From assembly GCA_037443365.1 (NCBI GenBank), contig JBBIOM010000015.1, forward strand, positions 1 through 48,114: 48,114 bases of DNA. Direction: 5' to 3'. This stretch comes from Armatimonadota bacterium. GTDB taxonomy: Bacteria > Sysuimicrobiota > Sysuimicrobiia > Sysuimicrobiales > Humicultoraceae. The notes beneath the pieces were generated by a model. The model was not told the origin of the DNA. It searched no databases and was given only the letters and a program-made list of their open reading frames with translations. Positions 18,812 through 27,489 of this stretch are shown here, piece after piece. The first letter of the stretch is position 1. Each line of letters begins with the position of its first letter. Made by a program: the position numbers and the translations under genes.

Positions 18812-19171
18812 CTAGGACTCCAGGTGCGACTTGGCGCGCACGACCAGCGCGTTGAAGGCCTCACGGTCCCTCACCGCCAGGTCGGCCAGGACCTTACGGT
18901 TCACGCTCACGCCCGCCTTGCGCAGGCCGTTGATGAGCCGGCTGTAGGAGACGCCGCTCCCGCGCGCAGCGGCGTTTATGCGCGCGACCCAGAGCCGCCG
19001 GAACTGCCGCTTGCGCAGGCGGCGGTCCGCGAATGCCTTGGCCAGGGCGCGGGTCACGTACTGCTTGGCCAGGCGGTACCACCGGCTCTGACCGCCCCGG
19101 TACCCCCGGGCCAGCCGCAGAACCTTCTTGTGACGGCGGCGTGCCGTTACGCCGCGCTTGATGCGTGCCAT
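18812..19171 (-). CDS. rplT: 50S ribosomal protein L20
   Basis: MARIKRG...[18 protein letters not shown]...[10 protein letters not shown]. Confidence 0.98.
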   Translation of the reverse strand: MARIKRGVTARRRHKKVLRLARGYRGGQSRWYRLAKQYVTRALAKAFADRRLRKRQFRRLWVARINAAARGSGVSYSRLINGLRKAGVSVNRKVLADLAVRDREAFNALVVRAKSHLES

Positions 19172-19219
19172 TGCCAACCCACCTTCCGCACTAGAACTGC
19201 CGGGCTCATCCCCCAGCCG

Positions 19220-19417
19220 CTACAGACCGGGGAGCAGCCTCCGCAACCGCTTCTCGTCACTGGCGTGCACAGGAAGGAGGGCGCGCAGAGAGCGCTTGCG
19301 CTTGGGGCTCTTCTTGACCTTGAGATGCCCGCCGTGCTGACGCCCGCGTGTCATGCGGCCTGATCCCGTCGTCCGGATGCGCTTCGCGGCGCCCTGATGT
19401 CGCTTTGTCTTTGCCAC
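19220..19417 (-). CDS. rpmI: 50S ribosomal protein L35
   Basis: KTKRHQGAAKRIRTTGSG; lies between infC and rplT; GGAG RBS. Confidence 0.95.
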   Translation of the reverse strand: MAKTKRHQGAAKRIRTTGSGRMTRGRQHGGHLKVKKSPKRKRSLRALLPVHASDEKRLRRLLPGL

Positions 19418-19432
19418 GGTCTGTCTCCTCCT

Positions 19433-19945
19433 CTACCCCTTGCGGGGGGCCAGGAGCATGATCATGTTCCTGCCTTCCAGCCTGGGCGCCATCTCGACCG
19501 TGCCCACCTCTGCCACATCCTGTGCCAGCCGTTGAAGCAACGCCTCGCCCACCTTGGGGTGGGCCATCTCGCGCCCGCGAAACCACATCGCCACCCGGAC
19601 CTTGTCGCCGTCCTTGAGGAACTCCCGGACCCGGCGTGTCTTGACCTGGAGGTCGTGCTCGCCTATCTTCGGGCTCATCCGCATGCCCTTGAGATCGCCG
19701 CCGCGGGACTTGCGGTGCGCGTCCCGATCGCGCTTGCTCTGCTCGTACTTGTAACGCCCGTAGTCCATGATCTTGCACACGGGCGGGGACGCCGTGGGAG
19801 CCACCTCCACGAGGTCGAGCGTGTGCTCCTGGGCGCGCGCAAGCGCCTCGCGTATGGACACGATTCCCAGCTGCTCGCCACCGGGACCGATCAACCGCAC
19901 CTCTTTGACCCTGATCCGGTCGTTGACCCTTGTCTCGCGCTCGAT
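19433..19945 (-). CDS. infC: translation initiation factor IF-3
   Basis: VNDRIRVKEVRLI, PPVCKIMDYG, FRGRE; probable ATC start 10 nt after AAGGAGG. Confidence 0.96.
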   Translation of the reverse strand: MERETRVNDRIRVKEVRLIGPGGEQLGIVSIREALARAQEHTLDLVEVAPTASPPVCKIMDYGRYKYEQSKRDRDAHRKSRGGDLKGMRMSPKIGEHDLQVKTRRVREFLKDGDKVRVAMWFRGREMAHPKVGEALLQRLAQDVAEVGTVEMAPRLEGRNMIMLLAPRKG

Positions 19946-19993
19946 GCTCTCTCGCCCTCCTTGACCCCCATACCTTCCATCGTCCGGCAGCCC

Positions 19994-20027
19994 GAGAAAC
20001 AGAAAGGGGATGGCAGGTGCCATCCCC
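19994..20027 (-). terminator. attenuator terminator of the L20 leader
   Basis: GGGGATGGCA-CC-TGCCATCCCC followed by TTTCTGTTTCT. Confidence 0.85.
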
Positions 20028-20115
20028 GCATGCGCGCCGCTGCCACAGCGACCCGGGGTGCATCACTGAATCACCTGAGCGCCCGGGTGAGAAGCGGATG
20101 GCTTCTACTTTCGGC
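19994..20115 (-). ncRNA. L20 leader (ribosomal-protein autoregulatory attenuator)
   Basis: AAGTAGAAGCCATCCGCTTCTCACC 5' motif; GCCATCC can pair with the 5' arm of the terminator; upstream of infC-rpmI-rplT. Confidence 0.85.
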
Positions 20116-20130
20116 TGCCAGACCCTGCGG

Positions 20131-20159
20131 AGTATAGCACGCCGGTCTGGGAGCGTCAA
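20131..20159 (-). promoter_or_regulatory. sigma-70/A promoter of the infC operon
   Basis: TTGACG - 17 nt (ending TGC) - TATACT. Confidence 0.88.
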
Positions 20160-20233
20160 TCGAACCCGCCGGCCCGACGGAGGCACGCCCGCGGCAGGGG
20201 AAACGCCCCCCGGAACGCCGAACGAAGTTGGAG

Positions 20234-21031
20234 ATGCTGCAGGCTCCTCCGGGAACTCGAATCCGGCGGTCGCCGCTGGCCACGCTTGGCGGAGCCGTCC
20301 TCCGCGGCCTGGCCGAAGTGGGGCAGGTGGCCCTGATGCTTGCCGCGGCCCTCAGATGGGTGCTCCGAGGACGGCTGGAGATGCGCGAGACGGCGGTCCA
20401 GATCAACCGCATCGGGGCCGAATCCATACCGGTCGTTCTGGTCACCGGCGCCTTCTCCGGTATGGTCCTGGCCTTTCAGACGGCCCGGCAGCTGGCGGAC
20501 TTCGGCGGCCAGGGCTTTGTCGGCGGGCTCGTGGGCCTCTCCATGGCCCGCGAAGCCGCGCCGGTCTTCACCGCGATCGCGGCGGCCGGCCGCGTGGGCG
20601 CGGGCATGGCCGCGGAGATAGGCACGATGGCCGTCACCGAGCAGATTGACGCCCTGCGCGTCCTGGCCACGGATCCGGTGCGCTACCTGGTAGTCCCGCG
20701 GCTCGCGGCCGCGGCCGTGGGGCTGCCGATCCTGACCGCCTTTGCCAACGTGGTGGGCGGGACAGGCGGTTACTTCGTGGCCACCGCGGCCGGGATCAGC
20801 AGCGGCGCCTTCATCTCGTCGCTCCAGAGGTTCCTCTGGCCGTACGATCTCGTGGTCGGCCTGATCAAGGCGGTGTTCTTCGGCCTGATCATCGCAGCGG
20901 TGGGCTGCTACCGGGGCCTCAATGCGACTGGCGGCGCAGACGGCGTGGGGCGCGCGACGACGGGCGCGGTCGTCATCTCGATCGTCCTGATCCTGGTCTG
21001 CAACTACTTCCTGGACCTGGTCTTCTTCTAG
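20234..21031 (+). CDS. mlaE: MlaE family ABC permease
   Basis: REAAPVFTA, AEIGTMAVTEQIDALRVLATDP, GADGVGRATT (start 20228 or 20234). Confidence 0.95.
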   Translation: MLQAPPGTRIRRSPLATLGGAVLRGLAEVGQVALMLAAALRWVLRGRLEMRETAVQINRIGAESIPVVLVTGAFSGMVLAFQTARQLADFGGQGFVGGLVGLSMAREAAPVFTAIAAAGRVGAGMAAEIGTMAVTEQIDALRVLATDPVRYLVVPRLAAAAVGLPILTAFANVVGGTGGYFVATAAGISSGAFISSLQRFLWPYDLVVGLIKAVFFGLIIAAVGCYRGLNATGGADGVGRATTGAVVISIVLILVCNYFLDLVFF

Positions 21032-21067
21032 GTCGGGAGGCCTCATGGGATCGGGAGCGCGGAGGCA

Positions 21068-21850
21068 ATGACGGAATCCCAACCCTCGAGCCGCCCGGGC
21101 GACGCGATTGTCGTCGCCTCGGACCTCTGGAAGTCGTTCGGCGGGAGCGCGGCGCTGTCCGGCGTCTCCCTCGAGGTCCGCCGCGGCGAGATACAGGTCA
21201 TCATGGGTCCCAGCGGTTGTGGAAAGAGCGTGCTGCTCAAGCACCTGGTGGGGCTCGTCAGGCCCGACCGGGGCGAGGTCCTGGTCTTCGGGCATCCGAT
21301 ACACGCCATGTCCGACCATGAACTCGACTCCGTGCGGGTGCGAATCGGCGTCGTGTTTCAATCCGCCGCCCTGTTTGACTCGCTCACGGTGGAGCAGAAC
21401 GTGGCGTTCCCCATGCGCCGACACAGCAATCTATCAAGGGAGGAGATCGCGCGCAGGGTGCGCGAACTGCTGGATCGGGTGGAGATGGCCGGTACCGAGG
21501 ATCTGATGCCCTCGGCGCTGTCAGGAGGCATGCGAAAGCGCGTGGGCATTGCCCGCGCCCTGGCGCTCGACCCTCCTCTCATCCTGTATGATGAACCCAC
21601 GAGCGGTCTCGACCCGTTGACCGCGCACACCGTGGACGGCCTGATCCTGCGGCTGCGCGCGGAGCTGGAGGTGACCTCGGTGGTCGTCACCCACAGTCTG
21701 GACAGCGCGTTTCACCTGGCCGACCGGCTGGCGGTCATGGATTCCGGGCGCCTGACCGCGGTGGGCACGCCGGACGAGATCCTGGGGAGCGCGGACCCGT
21801 TCGTCCGGCGGTTCCTGGACACCCGCGCGGTCGAGGTGAAACCCTCATGA
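21068..21850 (+). CDS. mlaF: MlaF family ABC ATPase
   Basis: GPSGCGKS, FQSAALFDSL, LSGGMRKR, YDEPTSGLDP. Confidence 0.95.
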   Translation: MTESQPSSRPGDAIVVASDLWKSFGGSAALSGVSLEVRRGEIQVIMGPSGCGKSVLLKHLVGLVRPDRGEVLVFGHPIHAMSDHELDSVRVRIGVVFQSAALFDSLTVEQNVAFPMRRHSNLSREEIARRVRELLDRVEMAGTEDLMPSALSGGMRKRVGIARALALDPPLILYDEPTSGLDPLTAHTVDGLILRLRAELEVTSVVVTHSLDSAFHLADRLAVMDSGRLTAVGTPDEILGSADPFVRRFLDTRAVEVKPS

Positions 21851-23202
21851 GCATGGAGACAAGAGCGGGGATCGTCACCCTGCTCGGGATTGTGGCGCTC
21901 GTGGGCTCCATTGTATTCCTGCGCGGGGGCTTCTGGACTCGCGAGGGTGGCTACGCGCTGCACATGCGCGTTGCGAATGCCGCCGGACTGACCCTGGGTG
22001 CCCCGGTCCAGATGGCGGGAATCGAGATCGGCCGCGTCAGGCGGCTGGGACTGACGCCGGAGAGTAAGGCGGACATCCTGCTGGTCATACGCCAAGGCGT
22101 CGCCATCCCCGAGGGCTCGCGCTTCTCGATCACATCCGCAGGGCTCCTGGGCGACCGCCTGGTCGCTGTATTCCCAGGACCGCCCGGCGCCCCGGCCCTG
22201 GCGCCGGGATCAGTCGTGGCAGGAGTAGAGCCCCTCACCACGGACGAGCTTTTCGAGCGCGTGCTGGAGGTGGCAAAGCGCGCCGAGGAGGCGCTCTCCA
22301 GCGTCCACCGCCTCATAGGTGATCCGGCCCTCGCCGAGGGATTGCGCGAGACCGTGCGCAGCGCGCGCGCGGCCTCGGACCGGATGGCGCGCGCGGCCGA
22401 GCACGTGGAGCGCACCACGCGGACGCTCGATCGCACGGTGGCGGGTGAGGTGCCCGAGATAGCCCGGAGGCTGCGTGTCGTGGCCGAGGAGCTGGCCGCA
22501 TCCGCCGGGGACGTGCGCACGATGATCAGGCAGGTGGCAGCGGACGGGCGCACGGCGGAGCAGGTGCGGGGGGCGGTCTCCTCGATCCAGAAGGCGGCGC
22601 AGGGCATCGAGAAGATGGTGGGCGACCTCTCGGGCGTCGTGAACGAACAGGAGGTGCGCGCCGTGCGCGCGTCACTGGCCGAGGCCCGCACCGCGATCAC
22701 CGACGCCCGACTGGCCGTGGGCGAGGCACGTTCGGTCATCGGCCGCGCCGACCGGGTGGTCGAGCGGGTCGGGCGCGTGCTGCCCGAGCGCCTGGAGCTC
22801 CCGGATCTCCGCAGCACGTACCGCCTGGAGTACGCCATCTGGCACGACGGGACTCGTCTCGGGCACGATGTGAGCTTCACTCTCCTGCCGGACGCTTCGC
22901 GCTCCTACCTGTTCACGTGGCGGGAGGTCGGAGGGGCGAATCGCATCGGGCTGCAGGTGGGCAGCAGGCTGGACGAGCGGACGCTGTTCCGCTACGGCCT
23001 GATCGACTCGCACCTGGGCGTCGGAATGGACTACCGCGCGTCGCCCAGCATCTCCTACGCCGCAGACCTCTACAACATCAGCGATATCAGCCTGAACCTC
23101 TACGCCCACTACCACCTGCGCCCGGACTACGGCATCACGCTGCGGGTGCGCAGCCTGTTCTCCCAGCCGACCGTGGGGGTCGGGATGTTCAAGCGGTTCT
23201 AG
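21847..23202 (+). CDS. mlaD: MCE/MlaD protein with long helical region and C-terminal beta-rich domain
   Basis: N-terminal TM, MCE motif GLTLGAPVQMAGIEIGRV...GLLGD, helical repeats, amphipathic beta C-terminus ending in Phe. Confidence 0.9.
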   Translation: MSMETRAGIVTLLGIVALVGSIVFLRGGFWTREGGYALHMRVANAAGLTLGAPVQMAGIEIGRVRRLGLTPESKADILLVIRQGVAIPEGSRFSITSAGLLGDRLVAVFPGPPGAPALAPGSVVAGVEPLTTDELFERVLEVAKRAEEALSSVHRLIGDPALAEGLRETVRSARAASDRMARAAEHVERTTRTLDRTVAGEVPEIARRLRVVAEELAASAGDVRTMIRQVAADGRTAEQVRGAVSSIQKAAQGIEKMVGDLSGVVNEQEVRAVRASLAEARTAITDARLAVGEARSVIGRADRVVERVGRVLPERLELPDLRSTYRLEYAIWHDGTRLGHDVSFTLLPDASRSYLFTWREVGGANRIGLQVGSRLDERTLFRYGLIDSHLGVGMDYRASPSISYAADLYNISDISLNLYAHYHLRPDYGITLRVRSLFSQPTVGVGMFKRF

Positions 23203-24266
23203 CCAGCCATCACCGCCTGGAAGGCCCGTACCACGCCCGGCACATCGTCGGGTGTGATGTGCCGGTTCGTCACCAGGCGGATCCGGCGCGGACCCGAGGC
23301 CCCGGCCAGCACTCCGCGAGTGAGCAGACGCTCCGTGACCCCGCCGGCATCGCGTCCGACGAGGTCAACGCGGATGATGTTGGTCTGCACGCGGGAGAGG
23401 TCTATCATGAGCCCGGGGATGCCGGCAAGGGCCTCGGCCAGCGTGCGCGCAATCCGGTGGTCGTCGGCCAGACGCTCCACCATCTGTTCCAGAGCCACGA
23501 TCCCGGCCGCCGCCAGCACCCCGGCCTGCCGCATCCCGCCGCCCAGCATCTTGCGGAATCGCCTGGCGCGGTCTATGAAGTCGGATCCCCCGCACAGCAG
23601 CGAACCCACCGGAGCGGACAGCGCCTTGGAGATGCAGAACGCCACCGAGTCTGCGGGCGCCGCCAGCGTCGCGGCCGGGACGCCCAGCGCCACCGCGGCG
23701 TTGAACAAGCGCGCTCCATCCAGGTGCACAAGGATGCCGTGCGCATGGGCCGTCGCGGCCAGGTCGTGTGTCTGCGCGGGCGAGATCACCACGCCGCCGT
23801 GCCGGTTGTGCGTGTTCTCGAGGCACACCAGCCGAGTGGGCGGATAGTGAACATTGGGCGGCCGCAGCGCCGCCTCGAGTTGCGCTCCGCTGATGCACCC
23901 CGAATCGGTCGGCAGGGCGCGGGGCATCGTCCCCGCGATCGTGGCGAGCGCGCCGCCCTCGTAGTGCAGTATGTGGGCCTCCGAGTCGGCGATCACCTCG
24001 TCACCCTTCTGGGTGTGGGCCATGACCGCCAGCAGGTTGGCCATCGTTCCGCTGGGGACGAAGATGCTCGCCGCCTTGCCCGTGCGCTCGGCGGCCAGCG
24101 CCTCCAGCGCGTTGATGGTGGGGTCCTCGCGGTAGACGTCGTCCCCGACCTCGGCGCGCGCCATCGCATCCCTCATCGCCTCGGTGGGATGCGTCACGGT
24201 GTCGCTGCGCAGGTCAATGACGTGCCGCGCCCCCTCGGGCGCGCGGGAGGCGGCTCTACTGATCAT
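23199..24266 (-). CDS. ltaE: low-specificity L-threonine aldolase
   Basis: DLRSDTVT, GDDVY, ENTHN, HLDGAR, PLP lysine in CISKAL, GGGMRQAG. Confidence 0.94.
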   Translation of the reverse strand: MISRAASRAPEGARHVIDLRSDTVTHPTEAMRDAMARAEVGDDVYREDPTINALEALAAERTGKAASIFVPSGTMANLLAVMAHTQKGDEVIADSEAHILHYEGGALATIAGTMPRALPTDSGCISGAQLEAALRPPNVHYPPTRLVCLENTHNRHGGVVISPAQTHDLAATAHAHGILVHLDGARLFNAAVALGVPAATLAAPADSVAFCISKALSAPVGSLLCGGSDFIDRARRFRKMLGGGMRQAGVLAAAGIVALEQMVERLADDHRIARTLAEALAGIPGLMIDLSRVQTNIIRVDLVGRDAGGVTERLLTRGVLAGASGPRRIRLVTNRHITPDDVPGVVRAFQAVMAG

Positions 24267-24546
24267 GCAATGCCCTCGACGCCGAGTACATGCCTATGCC
24301 GCGACCGGCGACGACCGATCCCACGTACGCCATAAGGAACAGCAGCACCCCCTTGAACGCCAGCGTCCGCAGCGCCTCGCCGGCGTCCACCGCGGCAGGA
24401 CTAGTAAGCTGCCCGATGACGCCGGCCCCGGTCAGATCGCGATAGGCCAGCGTGAAGACAACCACCAGAAGCAAGATGCCCAACAGGAATACCAGCAGGC
24501 CCAACCGCCTTGCCGATCGGTCGCTCTCTGGACCTAGAGTGCTCAT
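24256..24546 (-). CDS. small hypothetical membrane protein (2 TM)
   Basis: GGAGG before ATG 24546; two hydrophobic helices; fills the gap between mtnP and ltaE. Confidence 0.7.
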   Translation of the reverse strand: MSTLGPESDRSARRLGLLVFLLGILLLVVVFTLAYRDLTGAGVIGQLTSPAAVDAGEALRTLAFKGVLLFLMAYVGSVVAGRGIGMYSASRALHDQ

Positions 24547-24581
24547 CCCCATCCCTCCGACAGGTATTCTGGTGCCGCCGG

Positions 24582-25379
24582 CTACGAATGCGCACCGGCC
24601 AGCGCGGACCCGCAGCGACACGTCCTCTCGCCGGGCGCCGCCGCCAGGACGCCCAGGACGAGTTCGCGCAGCCGGGGGAGGTTGGCCTGGAAGTTGCGAA
24701 GGACCTCCTCGGCGCTGACCGGGGTGGCCCGCGGATCGCCCTCCACACCCACGTCGTAGTCGGTCACGAGCGAGATGTTCAGGTAGCACAGCTCGGCCTC
24801 ACGGGCAAGCGCGGCCTCCGGGTACTGGGTCATGTTGATGACCTCCCACCCGGCCGCGCGAAACCAGCGGCTCTCGGCCCTCGTCGAGAACCGGGGGCCC
24901 TGTATCACGACGACGGTCCCCTGCGGGTGCGCGCTCAGACCCAGCCGACCGGACACCTCGAGCGCCACGTTCCGCAGTTGGGGGCAGTAGGGATCGGCCA
25001 GGCTCACGTGCACGGTATCCGGTCCGTCGAAGAGGGTGTCGCGGCGGCCACTGGTCCGGTCCACGAGCTGGTCGCAGATCACGAACTCGCCCGGCCGGAT
25101 GTGCGGCTGGAGACTGCCCGCGGCCGCCGGGCCTATCACGCGGGTCACACCGAGCTGCTTTAGGGCTGCGATGTTGGCACGGTAGTTGATCGTGTGCGGC
25201 GGCAGTTCGTGCCGCCGGCCGTGGCGGGGCAGGAACGCCACCCTGCGACCCGCAACCTCGCCAAGGGTGATCACGTCGCTGGGCGGCCCGTACGGGGTCT
25301 CGACCTTCACCTCACGGGCTCCTTCGAGCAGCGAGTAGAATCCAGTTCCTCCGATCACGCCGATTTCCGCCTCGCTCAT
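24582..25379 (-). CDS. mtnP: S-methyl-5'-thioadenosine phosphorylase
   Basis: IGVIGGTG, TPYGPPS, RHG, NYRANI, GPRFSTRAES, VTDYD; AGGAGG before ATG 25379. Confidence 0.93.
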   Translation of the reverse strand: MSEAEIGVIGGTGFYSLLEGAREVKVETPYGPPSDVITLGEVAGRRVAFLPRHGRRHELPPHTINYRANIAALKQLGVTRVIGPAAAGSLQPHIRPGEFVICDQLVDRTSGRRDTLFDGPDTVHVSLADPYCPQLRNVALEVSGRLGLSAHPQGTVVVIQGPRFSTRAESRWFRAAGWEVINMTQYPEAALAREAELCYLNISLVTDYDVGVEGDPRATPVSAEEVLRNFQANLPRLRELVLGVLAAAPGERTCRCGSALAGAHS

Positions 25380-25474
25380 CGCGCCTGTTGCCTCCTGTGG
25401 CGCACACCGCGCGAACACAGATCGGCCCGGCTGCGCCGGGCCGTCATCCGTGCAGTGGTGGCTCTGCGCCGGAA

Positions 25475-26239
25475 TCACTTCGCTGCGGGGCCGGTGGCAT
25501 CCTCCCCGAGCAGGGCCGCGATCTCCGCCAGCACTGCCCCAGCGCTCTCCCTGATCGTGATCGTGGCGCGCCCGTCGTAGGGCGTGGGCTCGCGGTTGAC
25601 GATGACCAGCCTGCCCCCACCCCGCAGCGTCTCCAGGGGAAGATAGGCCGCGGGCGTGACCTGGAGCGATGAGCCCACCACGAGCATGAGGCGACAGGCG
25701 CGGGCGGCCTGTACTGCGGTCTGCCACGCATCCTGTGGGAGCATCTCGTCGAAGAGGACAACGTTGGGACGCAGCAGCCCACCGCACCAGCCGCAGGTCG
25801 GAAGACCGCCGGCTGCCAGGGCCGCACGCAGCTGCGCGGCAGACCCGCGGAACCCGCAGCCCGTGCACACCGACTCGCGCAGGTTGCCGTGCAGCTCGAT
25901 CACGTGGCGGGACCCGGCGGCCTGGTGGAGGCCGTCCACGTTCTGGGTGACCACGGCGCCCACCCATCCTGCGCGTTCCATCCCCGCGACGGCGTAGTGA
26001 CCAGCGTTGGGGGCCGCGGCGGCGAGGTGCCCGAGCCGCTTGCGGTAGAAATCGTAGAAGGCCTCGGGCTTCCTCTCGAGCGTCCGGCGCGAGGCGACGG
26101 CGACAGGATCCACGCCTGCCCACAGGCCTGACGCCGAGCGGAAGTCGGGCAGGCCCGATTCGGTGCTCATGCCGGCGCCGGTGAATACGACCGCGCGTCC
26201 TGCATCCCTCAACAACCGGGCCACTCCGGGGGCGCTCAT
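25475..26239 (-). CDS. cobB: NAD-dependent protein deacylase (sirtuin)
   Basis: GAGMSTESGLPDFR, TQNVDGLH, ELHG, two CxxC pairs, GSSL; ATGA overlap with the upstream gene. Confidence 0.95.
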   Translation of the reverse strand: MSAPGVARLLRDAGRAVVFTGAGMSTESGLPDFRSASGLWAGVDPVAVASRRTLERKPEAFYDFYRKRLGHLAAAAPNAGHYAVAGMERAGWVGAVVTQNVDGLHQAAGSRHVIELHGNLRESVCTGCGFRGSAAQLRAALAAGGLPTCGWCGGLLRPNVVLFDEMLPQDAWQTAVQAARACRLMLVVGSSLQVTPAAYLPLETLRGGGRLVIVNREPTPYDGRATITIRESAGAVLAEIAALLGEDATGPAAK

Positions 26240-27489
26240 GGAAGATCCGTCAGCCATCCGTCTGGGTCGAAGGGCCACTCGCGGCCCGCTCCGACCTCGA
26301 CCCCGCTCCTGCGCCGCATCGCGTCGGCCACCGCGCGGGATACGAGCACGTGCTCAAGGTGAAGGGTATTGGCGATACGCACGACCCTGGCCTCCTGGGG
26401 TTCGGCGATGCTTAAGGTGTCGAACGCGGCGGCGATGGCGTCGCGGTCGGATGGAAGCGTGATCGGGATGAACGACCTCTGCAGGGTGGTGGCGGTGATC
26501 GCGTTCAGGTTGGTGATCCGCCGGTCGATGGCGTCCACAAGGCGCTGCGTAACCAGGTCGGCAAGCCCTATGCCCTGTGCGTTGCCCTCGGACTCGGGCG
26601 AGAGGCGCAGGGCCACGATGCGCCCGACGCGCGGAGAAGAGGGCTCGGGCAGCCCCTGGATGCGCGTGCGGCCAATGATATTGGGGTCCATCCCGGTGCC
26701 CGCGAAGTTCTTGCCCACCTGGTCCACCACCAGCACATCGATCTCGTCTGTGGGCAGGCGGGGCATCAGTTGGCGGGCCCTGGCGGCAAGCGTCGCTTCC
26801 CGATCCGGGAGTTCGTGCGGGAAGACGGCCTCGATGATTGCTGGCTCGTCGCGCGCGTTCTCAACCACCGCCAGGCCTCCGATCACCATCCCGCGATCGA
26901 GGAACACCTGCGCCATCGCGCGGATCGCCTGGGGAAGCGAGGTCACTCCCTGACGGTGGATCTGCCTGGCGCCCTCCACCTTCCCGAGGCCGACGCCGAG
27001 CATCTTCATGAGCCCGCTGCCGAACGGCTCGAAGAAGATGGTGTGGGGCTTGATCCGGTTGATCACGAGAATCCCTTCGCATCCGGCCGCGACGCGGTCG
27101 CAGAAGACAGGGAGCCCACCTGGCGTATGCCCTATTACCTGCGTCTGCATTTGCGTCGAGATGGGCGCCCCAACCGTCTCCTCTGTGATGCCCAGGTGTG
27201 CGAGCAACCGCCGCTGCCCCTCGCTCGTGCCTCCGCCATGGCTGCCCATGGCCCCCACGACCAGCGGATCGGCGCCGCAGGCGCGCAGGTGGTCCACCGC
27301 CGCCCGAAGCACTGATGCTATCTGGGCGATGCCGCGGCTGCCCGCGGTCAGCGCGATTCGCTTCCCCCCAACCCGCCGGGCAAGCTCCAGGCGCGCCAGC
27401 GCCCGGTGGGTGGCCGCCTCCACGTCATCAATGCGCGGTCCGGACAGGTCCTGGCGCACCGGATGCATCGCGGGAAACCCGGGCATCAT
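26236..27489 (-). CDS. LarA N-terminal/DUF2088-like protein
   Basis: IALTAGSRGI, AMGSHGG, NRIKPHT, GKNFAGTGMDPN, GNAQGIGLAD motifs. Confidence 0.75.
   Translation of the reverse strand: MMPGFPAMHPVRQDLSGPRIDDVEAATHRALARLELARRVGGKRIALTAGSRGIAQIASVLRAAVDHLRACGADPLVVGAMGSHGGGTSEGQRRLLAHLGITEETVGAPISTQMQTQVIGHTPGGLPVFCDRVAAGCEGILVINRIKPHTIFFEPFGSGLMKMLGVGLGKVEGARQIHRQGVTSLPQAIRAMAQVFLDRGMVIGGLAVVENARDEPAIIEAVFPHELPDREATLAARARQLMPRLPTDEIDVLVVDQVGKNFAGTGMDPNIIGRTRIQGLPEPSSPRVGRIVALRLSPESEGNAQGIGLADLVTQRLVDAIDRRITNLNAITATTLQRSFIPITLPSDRDAIAAAFDTLSIAEPQEARVVRIANTLHLEHVLVSRAVADAMRRRSGVEVGAGREWPFDPDGWLTDLP

Noticed and set aside
25399..25477. SECIS-like recoding of the cobB UGA by the downstream hairpin
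   Set aside because: The UGA follows a complete sirtuin domain, and read-through gives only a short featureless tail with no redox-motif context
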